Shown: piece by piece, positions 33,484 to 41,239 of the stretch
Layout: the number at the start of each line of letters is the position of its first letter
Numbering within the stretch: position 1 is the first letter of the stretch
Sequence record: PP582757.1
DNA length: 64,000 nt
DNA from: Klebsiella phage vB_KM5a1-KLB31
Reading direction: 5' to 3' (one strand)
Notes under the pieces: generated by a model
Databases searched by the model: none
What the model saw: only the letters and a program-made list of their open reading frames with translations
Told to the model about the DNA's origin: nothing
Program-made: the position numbers and the translations under genes

Positions 33484-35000
33484 AGTCCTGTCTGGTCCCA
33501 TGAACCAAATACATCTTCAAATGTATCTGCACTTGTTTTATCAAAACGGAAGCCTTTAATGATCGGTAAGAAAATACCAACAGTACCATCTTTACGACCT
33601 TTAGAGTGCACCCAACCATTACATTCACAATCTGCAATACGGCCAACCAATTCGCCTGATAAAGCTAACGTCATCAGAAGTTCACGGTCCATTTCATCGC
33701 GTTCATCGATTGGAATATCAACCCATTGGCCTTTAATCTTCTTACGAGTTGTATCAGTGAAACCTGAACCACAATCGGAAGTAATCTTACCACACAGAGA
33801 TTTAATCTCTACGCCACCAAGTTTATTTGGGTCTTTAGAGTGTGGATAGAAACCGACGATTTCCATTGCAATATCGATAACTTCTTTGAACTTGATAAGG
33901 TTCTTAGAACGTTTGTTTTCCCAGAAGGAACCAATGTTCTTCAGAATAATACCTTCAAGCTTCATATCGACATATTTCTTATAGACTTCACGAGCTTCTT
34001 TAAGGTTATGAACGATTTGGTTCTCAATCAGAATTACACTATCAAAGCCATGCAATACTACAGCTTCTGAAATCATAATTTCTAGAGCACGGAAACGAAC
34101 ATCATATGCGAAGCCAGGCTTTTCACCTTCAGAATAAACCACATCGAGTGGAACGTAATCCCATGCCTGCAATTTCATTCCAGATGCTTCGACCTGAGAG
34201 ATTGTGCCTTTAAGAGATTTGTTCGCTAATCCATTTGAGGTGCTACGATCTACGTTCTGGAATTCAGCAGCTTTACTCAGTTCAGGCATTTCTTCTTCAA
34301 ACATGCCGAATAGGTCATTATCAGCCTTTGGTTCAACCTTAGGAGCATGATAAACCAGCTCACCGTCAATCATTACACCGGATGGGTGACGTTTACGGGC
34401 ATCTTCAGTCATAATCATCAGCTCTTTTGCAAGCTTATGAAGACCTTGATATTCGTTACCTGCACGAGAGAAGAATTTAACACCATCATCGGTTACTTCA
34501 GCAAAACAACGAGCACCATCGGCTTTTAACTGAGCGAATGCAGGCCATTTGATATGTTTTTCAATCAGCTTTTCATCATAGCTCGAAGCCAACATCTGAG
34601 GCTGTTCTGGAATACAGTTCTTCCAGATTTTATTTGCAATAGTCGGACCTGTACCACATTCAAGGTCACGCATCATTACACGACGTAATACTTCTTCTTC
34701 ACCTTTCTGTGAGAACATTACATCATGAATAAGCATACCTACTTGGCGAATAGCTTCATGCCCGGTATAAACACGGGTTGCTAATTTCTGTTCAAAGAAA
34801 TCCAGGCCTTCATCGAGTGTACGTGTTCCACGAGACTCAATTACTTCAGGCCATTTTTTGATGCCATAGTTGAAACGTTTAGAATAAGCCATAATGAACA
34901 CACGTTTCAGAAGGTCATTACCTTTCTCACGTTCCATGATAGCTTTCTTTTCGTTAATAGAATCAGTCGCAGCCAATTCATTCAGGATATTAATAATCAT
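33480..35000 (-). CDS. 30: ATP-dependent DNA ligase gp30
   Basis: 506 aa. AFAQLKADGARCFAEV (adenylation Lys motif), VMIDGELVYH, EGIILKN and CECNGW match T4 DNA ligase. Confidence 0.95.
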   Translation of the reverse strand: MIINILNELAATDSINEKKAIMEREKGNDLLKRVFIMAYSKRFNYGIKKWPEVIESRGTRTLDEGLDFFEQKLATRVYTGHEAIRQVGMLIHDVMFSQKGEEEVLRRVMMRDLECGTGPTIANKIWKNCIPEQPQMLASSYDEKLIEKHIKWPAFAQLKADGARCFAEVTDDGVKFFSRAGNEYQGLHKLAKELMIMTEDARKRHPSGVMIDGELVYHAPKVEPKADNDLFGMFEEEMPELSKAAEFQNVDRSTSNGLANKSLKGTISQVEASGMKLQAWDYVPLDVVYSEGEKPGFAYDVRFRALEIMISEAVVLHGFDSVILIENQIVHNLKEAREVYKKYVDMKLEGIILKNIGSFWENKRSKNLIKFKEVIDIAMEIVGFYPHSKDPNKLGGVEIKSLCGKITSDCGSGFTDTTRKKIKGQWVDIPIDERDEMDRELLMTLALSGELVGRIADCECNGWVHSKGRKDGTVGIFLPIIKGFRFDKTSADTFEDVFGSWDQTGL

Positions 35001-35008
35001 GTTATTCC

Positions 35009-35251
35009 TTAATAGCCATGTGTGTTTCTATTATACGCCACTTCAGTCAGGAGCAAATCAATCTTCTTTTGATATGTGTAATATGGCTCATGGATATGGA
35101 CGTAGATAAAACCTTGAGCAATACATTCTTCAAAGACTTCTTCACCTTTTGCATCACGGAAAATAGGGTACATGCGCAAGAACTGGTTAACATGACCGAA
35201 GTCACGTGTACGAGTAGGTTGGCCATCACGCATTAAATGCATAACAAACAT
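35009..35251 (-). CDS. Hypothetical protein (30.1 position)
   Basis: 80 aa ORF abutting the ligase gene. Confidence 0.4.
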   Translation of the reverse strand: MFVMHLMRDGQPTRTRDFGHVNQFLRMYPIFRDAKGEEVFEECIAQGFIYVHIHEPYYTYQKKIDLLLTEVAYNRNTHGY

Positions 35252-36081
35252 TATTTGGTGTCCCCATAATAAGCACGAAGGTCGCTTGGTGTTACATTAC
35301 GATAGCTTTCAGGCTTTGGTGCTCGTGGATTAAACGGCCAAACATACGGATAAGGAACATTAATAGGGCGAACCTCAGCCCGACGATCAATTTCTGCCTG
35401 GATGCTTGCCAAAGATTTTGCTGCTTCTTGGCGTTTCAGCTCAATCGCTACTAGATTGTCCCAATCTTTAACCTGAGTACAATCATCCGCATTACCGACG
35501 CGTTCACCACGAACCATCCAGTAAACTGGAGTTCCAAGAATACGATGGGCTGCCTGGCAATGGTGCGGAAGGTCATCAACATAGAACTTAACACGGTTAC
35601 CGTATTTCAGACGGACCTTAGTAAGAATCATTTCCTTACTTTCATTATGGGCACACATCTGGATGTCCTGGAATGCGCCAGGGAACAGAGCATTCAAATT
35701 GAATTGTCTATTCAGACGGGCATCAATAGAATCACCAAGCGCCGTCACGGCTACAAAATCATAGACTTTCTTGAGCTTGTTAATATGACGCAGGGCATCC
35801 ATATAAGGAGCCAGATAACGAATAAAGTCGGAGCAATTGTATTTGTTAATCAGTTGCTCGCCCAATGAGTCATCACAACCAAACAGTGTGCCTGGTTTAA
35901 TGAACTTATCATCCTGAATCATCTCCAGAATATGTTCAAGAGGCAGGTTATATTTCTGAGCGAAATAAGGCAGGCCTGACTGCCAAGACAACAGAACACC
36001 ATCGACGTCTGTTGCAATTACTGGCCTTTCATTTTGGGTCAAAGATGTGGTCATATTTGGTCCAATCAATTTCAGATTCAT
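35251..36081 (-). CDS. HAD-superfamily 5'(3')-deoxyribonucleotidase-like protein (start uncertain: ATG at 36081 or 36054; track start 36180 is TTG inside the upstream ORF)
   Basis: VIATDVDGVLLSW is the DxDGV motif I of HAD 5'(3')-deoxyribonucleotidases. YVDDLPHH is a later acidic motif. Confidence 0.55.
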   Translation of the reverse strand: MNLKLIGPNMTTSLTQNERPVIATDVDGVLLSWQSGLPYFAQKYNLPLEHILEMIQDDKFIKPGTLFGCDDSLGEQLINKYNCSDFIRYLAPYMDALRHINKLKKVYDFVAVTALGDSIDARLNRQFNLNALFPGAFQDIQMCAHNESKEMILTKVRLKYGNRVKFYVDDLPHHCQAAHRILGTPVYWMVRGERVGNADDCTQVKDWDNLVAIELKRQEAAKSLASIQAEIDRRAEVRPINVPYPYVWPFNPRAPKPESYRNVTPSDLRAYYGDTK

Positions 36082-36229
36082 AAGAGACAAAGGCGAATTG
36101 TTGCCCTTGTCGTACACGTTCTTTAATGAGATGCATCGTAATGCAACTGCCAGGGAATTCACGTTGGCTACTTGCGCCAATAGTTATTAATTGTCCTAGT
36201 GGAAACCCACCATTTAAACTGCCAACCAT
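36029..36229 (-). CDS. Hypothetical small protein
   Basis: 66 aa. Very strong ribosome-binding site GAGGTGGATTT-ATG. Confidence 0.45.
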   Translation of the reverse strand: MVGSLNGGFPLGQLITIGASSQREFPGSCITMHLIKERVRQGQQFAFVSYESEIDWTKYDHIFDPK

Positions 36230-36534
36230 AAATCCACCTCACTATAAACATCTTCATTACCATCAGCCCAACGAACAGCATACCAGAAATCGGGTGTGTA
36301 TTTATTCGGAGGCAGAACCATAATAACCCAACCTGGGATAGTTCCTGCACCTGCTTTAGATACAGAGTCGCCGGGCATGAATTTAGGAGGATTAATCATC
36401 AGCATATTGAAGGGCTCCGGTAAAGTCGTCATCACCAATTGAACGAATATCGCAATCATCGAGAATAGCTTCGAACTGGCGACCCTGAACATCATCTTGC
36501 TGCTCCCAAGTAACCCAGGCAGCAGAGGTACCAA
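36214..36534 (-). CDS. Hypothetical small protein (true start probably internal)
   Basis: 106 aa open frame. Internal ATGs would give 60-70 aa. Confidence 0.3.
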   Translation of the reverse strand: MVPLLPGLLGSSKMMFRVASSKLFSMIAIFVQLVMTTLPEPFNMLMINPPKFMPGDSVSKAGAGTIPGWVIMVLPPNKYTPDFWYAVRWADGNEDVYSEVDLWLAV

Positions 36535-36640
36535 ATTCAGTGATAGTCAAATCAACTGATTGAAGACGCTGGGCATGAACATTAGCCATAATAGCAATGT
36601 AACCAAGGTCTTCAGCGCGCGCCATAATGATCTTACTCAT
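36392..36640 (-). CDS. Hypothetical small acidic protein
   Basis: ORF in the 30.x cluster. Start moved to the internal ATG (MSKIIMARAEDLGY) adjacent to the upstream stop. Confidence 0.35.
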   Translation of the reverse strand: MSKIIMARAEDLGYIAIMANVHAQRLQSVDLTITEFGTSAAWVTWEQQDDVQGRQFEAILDDCDIRSIGDDDFTGALQYADD

Positions 36641-36837
36641 TCTTCCACCTCTACCCAATCAGGGAACACGAAGAAATCGGGTGCATCAACCATATAGCAG
36701 ACTTTGTCGTCTTTCACTAGGCAACCCAAGACTTCGACCATTTCGTTATTCTGAAGACAACGAGCCAATTTTGATGCACGAGATTTAGATGTCATAACAA
36801 CCATAATATTTTCCTCAGATTTTAGTAGCAGAAACAA
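36637..36837 (-). CDS. Hypothetical small protein
   Basis: 66 aa ORF in the 30.x cluster. Confidence 0.3.
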   Translation of the reverse strand: MFLLLKSEENIMVVMTSKSRASKLARCLQNNEMVEVLGCLVKDDKVCYMVDAPDFFVFPDWVEVEE

Positions 36838-37012
36838 GATTCAAATCAGACCAATAACCGACCGGATTAAGCGCCTCAATTTTTTCATTGATTCGCTTTT
36901 CAAGATTTTCCCAAGGCCATACGGTAATAGTTGATTCAAAAGTATCTTCAATCAGACCTTGGGAATGAGGGTGGTCAGAGACCACCTCAAATTTAAGTAA
37001 ATATTTTGCCAT
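36815..37012 (-). CDS. Hypothetical small protein
   Basis: 65 aa ORF in the 30.x cluster. Confidence 0.35.
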   Translation of the reverse strand: MAKYLLKFEVVSDHPHSQGLIEDTFESTITVWPWENLEKRINEKIEALNPVGYWSDLNLVSATKI

Positions 37013-37368
37013 TAGATAATGAACTCGGTTGATACTACGTCCCAGATTGCTTCACGTTGTTCTTCAGTAGTTTTCTGACCAAGAACATGGCGAAGATAAA
37101 GTTTGACCAGAAGCTGACGATTATCGCCATGCCATGATGGGTGAGAATCAAAATCACGAGTACGAACTTCATCATGTAGGCCAACTTTGATTGTCGAACC
37201 TTTGATTGAAACATCTAAGCAAGGACCGTTTTCAAAAGCGAAGAAGCAGTAGTTGTCCATGTGATACATGTCAATCTGAGCAACTGTGCCATTGTTGTGT
37301 TTCCACAGCAGAATTGGAGATTGACCTGCATCATTCACATATTTGCGTTCGAAGTTGTTGAAGTTCAT
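37012..37368 (-). CDS. Hypothetical protein
   Basis: Start set at the internal ATG (MNFNNFERKYV), because the upstream part of the track ORF is occupied by an early promoter. Confidence 0.45.
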   Translation of the reverse strand: MNFNNFERKYVNDAGQSPILLWKHNNGTVAQIDMYHMDNYCFFAFENGPCLDVSIKGSTIKVGLHDEVRTRDFDSHPSWHGDNRQLLVKLYLRHVLGQKTTEEQREAIWDVVSTEFII

Positions 37369-37384
37369 TTTGTTATCCCGTTTA

Positions 37385-37440
37385 AGTAGTTTGCTGATTG
37401 AGTGTACATAATACCACACTCAATCAGCGTTGTAAACTGT
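37385..37440 (-). promoter_or_regulatory. Early promoter with the -10 embedded in a 12-bp perfect palindrome
   Basis: rc: GTTTACAacgCTGATTGAGTGTggTATTATgtACACTCAATCAG. The arms ctgattgagtgt and acactcaatcag flank TATTAT. Confidence 0.5.
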
Positions 37441-37925
37441 TAATCGAACTTAATTTCAGATACTACACGAGCTGTTGTTTCTAAACGGAAAATGTTGACT
37501 TCAGTCCCAGGAACATTGCCTTTAAGAACAAATTCTGCATGTTCTTTTGCTTTAGACAAAGTGAAACGAGTAGGAGTGGCACCACCTACAGTGTAAACTT
37601 CACCTGGGCTTGTCACTACGACAATGCGGTCTTCTACATCATCTGCCACTTTAACTTCAGTGAACAATTCCCACTCATCTTTATAGAACCATGATGCAGA
37701 CCATTCTTCTTCTTTAAAGTGAGGCAGGGCTTCTAGGCGAGAAATAGTCTCACCACCTTCAAATCGAATCTCAAAGACACCATCAGAATCGCCGTCTTCA
37801 AAAGAAACCACTTCAAACTTACGACCACGCAAATAGGCTACGATTCCACGATTAAGTTTTGAGGCCAGACGAATAAATTCATCAACGTTCTTTTCTTCGA
37901 GCACGTACCACTTATTCAGTTCCAT
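37440..37925 (-). CDS. Hypothetical protein
   Basis: 161 aa ORF in the 30.x cluster. Confidence 0.5.
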   Translation of the reverse strand: MELNKWYVLEEKNVDEFIRLASKLNRGIVAYLRGRKFEVVSFEDGDSDGVFEIRFEGGETISRLEALPHFKEEEWSASWFYKDEWELFTEVKVADDVEDRIVVVTSPGEVYTVGGATPTRFTLSKAKEHAEFVLKGNVPGTEVNIFRLETTARVVSEIKFD

Positions 37926-37932
37926 ATTTTTC

Positions 37933-38403
37933 TCACTTAAATTTAGTTGAAACTACTTTAGGCTCTTTGCGAGTTGTCATACGATCGATACCTTTGAAGA
38001 CAATAACAGTGTCATCAGGATGGTTTTTAAGCCACATCTCGCCATAAGCCACAGCATCATCATAGCTTTTGTTCTTTTCACGAATCAAGTAGCCTGGCAC
38101 CTCTGGAGAACAAACCAGACAACCATAATCGTTTTCGCCTACTTCTTCGAACAAATGGAATTCAGAATCAAATGAGATAATCACGCCATTCATTTCGCCA
38201 CGCAGCGAATAAGTATCGTGAACTCGAACTTGACCATTTTCGTTCTTTACACCGACTTTCGTCACAGAACCAGACTGCCGCGTTTCAATGACGATAAATT
38301 CGCCACTTAAAACATCAACATACTTAATGTTTTGTGTTGCAGAGTTAATGAATGATTCACGTGATTCCTCATCTTTAAAGCGATAAGTCTTTTGTACTTG
38401 CAT
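37933..38403 (-). CDS. Hypothetical protein
   Basis: 156 aa ORF in the 30.x cluster. A UUCG hairpin (38422-38437) sits between it and the upstream gene. Confidence 0.5.
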   Translation of the reverse strand: MQVQKTYRFKDEESRESFINSATQNIKYVDVLSGEFIVIETRQSGSVTKVGVKNENGQVRVHDTYSLRGEMNGVIISFDSEFHLFEEVGENDYGCLVCSPEVPGYLIREKNKSYDDAVAYGEMWLKNHPDDTVIVFKGIDRMTTRKEPKVVSTKFK

Positions 38404-38435
38404 TTTAGTTTCCTCAATTAAGAGCCCGAAGGCTC

Positions 38436-38801
38436 TTAACGGACTTTAGTCCAGTTAGTCAAATCAATTTTACCGGCTTTCTTAATCTTTTCAATTAGAT
38501 TGTCAGCACGAGTACGGCCGTTTTCATACCAAACAACATCTTCTGAACAATCTTCATCTTCATAAGTCTCAGAACGAATATGACCATGAATTGTGGTTTT
38601 CAATGCGTAGATTTCACCAGTGAAGAAGTTCTCAACAGTGATATGCCATGCAAAATCATCAGAAGGACCATCAGGAGTCATACAATGAACTACATCACCT
38701 TGATACTTGCTTACCATCCACTGTAACTCATTTACGGTCTGTGCTTTATAACCGTCATGGTCTTTGCATTTCACTGTAGCGTTCAGATTGATGATTGTCA
38801 T
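38436..38801 (-). CDS. Hypothetical protein
   Basis: 121 aa ORF. Leader ...acATGGAGAcuuaaaaAUG carries a GGAG Shine-Dalgarno. Confidence 0.5.
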   Translation of the reverse strand: MTIINLNATVKCKDHDGYKAQTVNELQWMVSKYQGDVVHCMTPDGPSDDFAWHITVENFFTGEIYALKTTIHGHIRSETYEDEDCSEDVVWYENGRTRADNLIEKIKKAGKIDLTNWTKVR

Positions 38802-38814
38802 TTTTAAGTCTCCA

Positions 38815-38852
38815 TGTTGATTGAGTGTACATCATATCACAATCCTAGGAGA
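38815..38852 (-). promoter_or_regulatory. Early promoter (minus strand: GTTTAC-N17-TATGAT) plus conserved leader
   Basis: rc: GTTTACttctcctaggattgtgaTATGATgtacactcaatcaacATGGAGA. Confidence 0.5.
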
Positions 38853-38871
38853 AGTAAACACCGCCATGAAA

Positions 38872-38900
38872 ACAAAAATGGGAACCACTAGGGTTCCCAT
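38872..38900 (-). terminator. Terminator (minus strand: AUGGGAACC-loop-GGUUCCCAU plus UUUUUGU). An identical copy follows gene 32
   Basis: Plus strand acaaaaatgggaaccactagggttcccat. The identical 29-mer recurs at 57046-57074. Confidence 0.6.
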
Positions 38901-38904
38901 AACA

Positions 38905-39090
38905 TTATACTGCGCGTGGCTTACCAAAGCAAGCTGCATCTGCACGTAGAACTGCACGAGCACGAGCTTGAAGTTTGCTTACCAGCTGATTGATACGCTT
39001 GTTGGACCCACGCTTGTAGCCAGCGCGTTTAGAATCACCAACAACCACTTTTTCTACTTTCTTTGCTTTAGCTTGTTTAGCCATTTTCAT
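38905..39090 (-). CDS. Small highly basic protein (about 59-61 aa; start at ATG 39090 or 39084)
   Basis: M(KM)AKQAKAKKVEKVVVGDSKRAGYKRGSNKRINQLVSKLQARARAVLRADAACFGKPRAV. The first codon of the track ORF (39135) is TTG and lies in a hairpin. GGAAG Shine-Dalgarno precedes the ATG at 39084. Confidence 0.4.
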   Translation of the reverse strand: MKMAKQAKAKKVEKVVVGDSKRAGYKRGSNKRINQLVSKLQARARAVLRADAACFGKPRAV

Positions 39091-39375
39091 CTTCCATTTC
39101 GGAGAAATACATGGGAGCCAACAACTCTCCCGCAAGCCCTCGAGGGGTACGTTTAAACTCTTATCTGTTGCACGCCGTTAGCTTAAAGGGTCCGGGTCCG
39201 ATTTCTCGAGGATAAGATATACACCGATGGATGTATAGGCCTTGAGGCGTACTCCCAATTAGCCATCGCCTTGGGGTAGCATGCACTTGCCGTTTATTTC
39301 AAGTTCGCACTTTAGTAGCGTTCACTGAAGGTTTTGACTTATTTAACGTCGGGATAACCTACAACCATGACATCA

Positions 39376-39621
39376 TTACTTCAGCGTAACCACATAATGG
39401 CGAACTGCTTTACGAGCAGCACTGCACAGTGGATATGCATATTTTAGTACATCTTGTGCCTGAAGCGTATCACGCAGAGTAGCCTGTACAGGATTCAGAT
39501 GTTTAAAGCCGGACAGAACAGACAGAATTTCTGCTTGAACATCAATGCTTGCACCATAGTTATCGTGGCCTGCATTCCATGCTTTATGTTGAAGATCTAG
39601 AGCGTTAGTGATAATAGACAT
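39376..39621 (-). CDS. rIII: Lysis-inhibition accessory protein RIII
   Basis: 81 aa (T4 RIII is 82 aa). DLQHKAWNAGHDNYGASIDVQAEILSVL resembles T4 RIII. Position adjacent to gene 31, as in T4. Confidence 0.65.
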   Translation of the reverse strand: MSIITNALDLQHKAWNAGHDNYGASIDVQAEILSVLSGFKHLNPVQATLRDTLQAQDVLKYAYPLCSAARKAVRHYVVTLK

Positions 39622-39735
39622 TATTCATCCTCAAAATGAGGTTAATATAGATGGAGCCCCGTAACCCTCATGGTACGGCGCATCTCCACCACGTAGAAGA
39701 GGCTAGCGTCATCTGACATTCGACTCTTCATAATT

Positions 39736-40059
39736 TTATTTATACAAGCAAGGAATTGCTTTGTAATGGCAGGTCACAAATTTCTGTTTAATGTCCTTGG
39801 CTTTACGAACACCAAGTGCAACCAGAGGATGTGGAACGTTTGCAATTTTACCTACCGGAATAGGAGTCAAATCACCAACTTCACAGAAACCTTCTGGGAC
39901 ATCAGGACCAATTGAATAAACTTCACACATCTCAGGCAATTCGCCTTGATGTAATTTACCAATCACAATACCACTTGCGGTAACTTCTTCGTCGCCTGCT
40001 TGTTTAGGCTCAGAAACCAGAATAATGTATTCACCTACTGCTTTAATTGGAAGTTCCAT
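39736..40059 (-). CDS. 31: Co-chaperonin gp31 (GroES analogue)
   Basis: 107 aa. [48 protein letters not shown], and C-terminus [16 protein letters not shown] identical to T4 gp31. Confidence 0.9.
   Translation of the reverse strand: MELPIKAVGEYIILVSEPKQAGDEEVTASGIVIGKLHQGELPEMCEVYSIGPDVPEGFCEVGDLTPIPVGKIANVPHPLVALGVRKAKDIKQKFVTCHYKAIPCLYK
39738..39745 (-). promoter_or_regulatory. Candidate late promoter TATAAATA (minus strand) upstream of rIII, inside the 3' end of gene 31
   Basis: Plus-strand tatttata is TATAAATA on the minus strand, about 115 nt upstream of the rIII ATG. Confidence 0.35.
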
Positions 40060-40084
40060 TATTAATCCATATCATTGGGTTATG

Positions 40085-40116
40085 TACTAATAATAACACA
40101 CAACCCATAAAGCAAA
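40085..40116 (-). promoter_or_regulatory. Candidate MotA-dependent middle promoter of gene 31 (MotA box TTTGCTTTA, 12-nt spacer, TATTAT)
   Basis: rc: aaTTTGCTTTAtgggttgtgtgtTATTATtagtacataacccaat. Short inverted repeat tgggtt/aaccca flanks the -10. T4 gene 31 is known to use a middle promoter. Confidence 0.4.
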
Positions 40117-40449
40117 TTACTTACCTACGAACTGAAGCAGGTGCTCAACTTTCATACCGTTAACTGAAATCAGTTTATCGATAGAGAAGCCACGCCATTG
40201 TTTAATTGTTGCATCGAAACATGGGACCATATCGGTAGCTTCTTTACGAGGCTTGGCCGGAGATACATATGATTCAAATACTTCAGCACCAACCAGAGTT
40301 GTTACTACGGCTTTGTCGCGAGTCGCAGACATAGTACGAATAGTGCCATCGGCTTTTTCAAACACGATTTCAGATACGCCCATTGCGAGTTTAGTTTTCA
40401 GAATTTCGCGCAGAGCAATTTTTTGTTCAACAGTTAATTTAGTAGACAT
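40117..40449 (-). CDS. Hypothetical protein (31.1 position)
   Basis: 110 aa ORF between gene 31 and cd. Confidence 0.5.
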   Translation of the reverse strand: MSTKLTVEQKIALREILKTKLAMGVSEIVFEKADGTIRTMSATRDKAVVTTLVGAEVFESYVSPAKPRKEATDMVPCFDATIKQWRGFSIDKLISVNGMKVEHLLQFVGK

Positions 40450-40451
40450 AA

Positions 40452-40688
40452 TCAGTCCTTCAATACAGTTCGGATTTTATGAGCACCTCGTTCTCTTAAG
40501 ACTTTTAAGAGTTTAAGGCATTTGTTTTTACGGTCTTTAACATAGCTTGGGTCTTCAGAGTCAACCCAATCGGTCGTATAAAGAGTCTTCCATTTAGAGA
40601 AGAATCCTTCTTTATATTCTACGGCGAAGCAAACATTGACTGCGCCATATGAACTCAGACCGGTGGTTTCGATAATACGTGATTTCAT
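40452..40688 (-). CDS. Hypothetical protein (31.2 position)
   Basis: 78 aa ORF. ATGA-coupled to cd. Confidence 0.5.
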   Translation of the reverse strand: MKSRIIETTGLSSYGAVNVCFAVEYKEGFFSKWKTLYTTDWVDSEDPSYVKDRKNKCLKLLKVLRERGAHKIRTVLKD

Positions 40689-41239
40689 TATTCACCACAG
40701 AAATTACGAATGTTTTCCCAGTTCAGCGAACGGAGATTATTACGCTGATACTCAACCACTTCAATTCCGGCTTCAAGTAGAATATCAGCCCAATTGTCAG
40801 GAGAACGGTCATAACGCTCTGCGTAAACGACTTTCTTAATACCTGACTGAGAAATAGCCTTAGTACATTCAGGACAAGGAGACGCCGTACAGTACAACGT
40901 AGCACCTTCAATTGAAGAGCCTTTACGTGCTGCAAACAGAATGGCATTCAGTTCGGCATGGATTTCATTTTTAGAAGACCATTCGCTATGAGCCGGACGA
41001 TGTTCTTTGGCCAGGACTTTTAAGACACCAAAGCCACGATGAATTGGATAATCGACTTCTTTAATCCAACCTTGTTCTTCGGCATGGTCACAGCAGTTAG
41101 TTCCGCCGGCCGGAGAACCATTATAACCGGTAGAAATGATACGGCCATCTTTTTCGATAACTGCACCTACTTTCCAGGAACAGCATTTTGATTCTTGCGA
41201 TATCAGGTAAGCAATTTGTAAGTAAGTGCTAGCTTTCAT
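40688..41239 (-). CDS. cd: dCMP deaminase
   Basis: 183 aa. Zinc-binding deaminase motifs CCDHAEEQ (HxE) and CTASPCPEC (PCxxC). Confidence 0.9.
   Translation of the reverse strand: MKASTYLQIAYLISQESKCCSWKVGAVIEKDGRIISTGYNGSPAGGTNCCDHAEEQGWIKEVDYPIHRGFGVLKVLAKEHRPAHSEWSSKNEIHAELNAILFAARKGSSIEGATLYCTASPCPECTKAISQSGIKKVVYAERYDRSPDNWADILLEAGIEVVEYQRNNLRSLNWENIRNFCGE

Noticed and set aside
39136-39375. Possible tRNA or group I intron remnant in the long rIII-downstream spacer
   Set aside because: No GTTCRANNC T-loop, no cloverleaf-compatible pairing and no intron P/Q/R/S-like elements were found by eye. Kept only as a candidate structured or regulatory region.
40253-40516. Plus-strand ORFs (40253-40516, 40636-40839) in the 31-cd interval
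   Set aside because: Antisense to well-supported minus-strand genes, with no ribosome-binding site.
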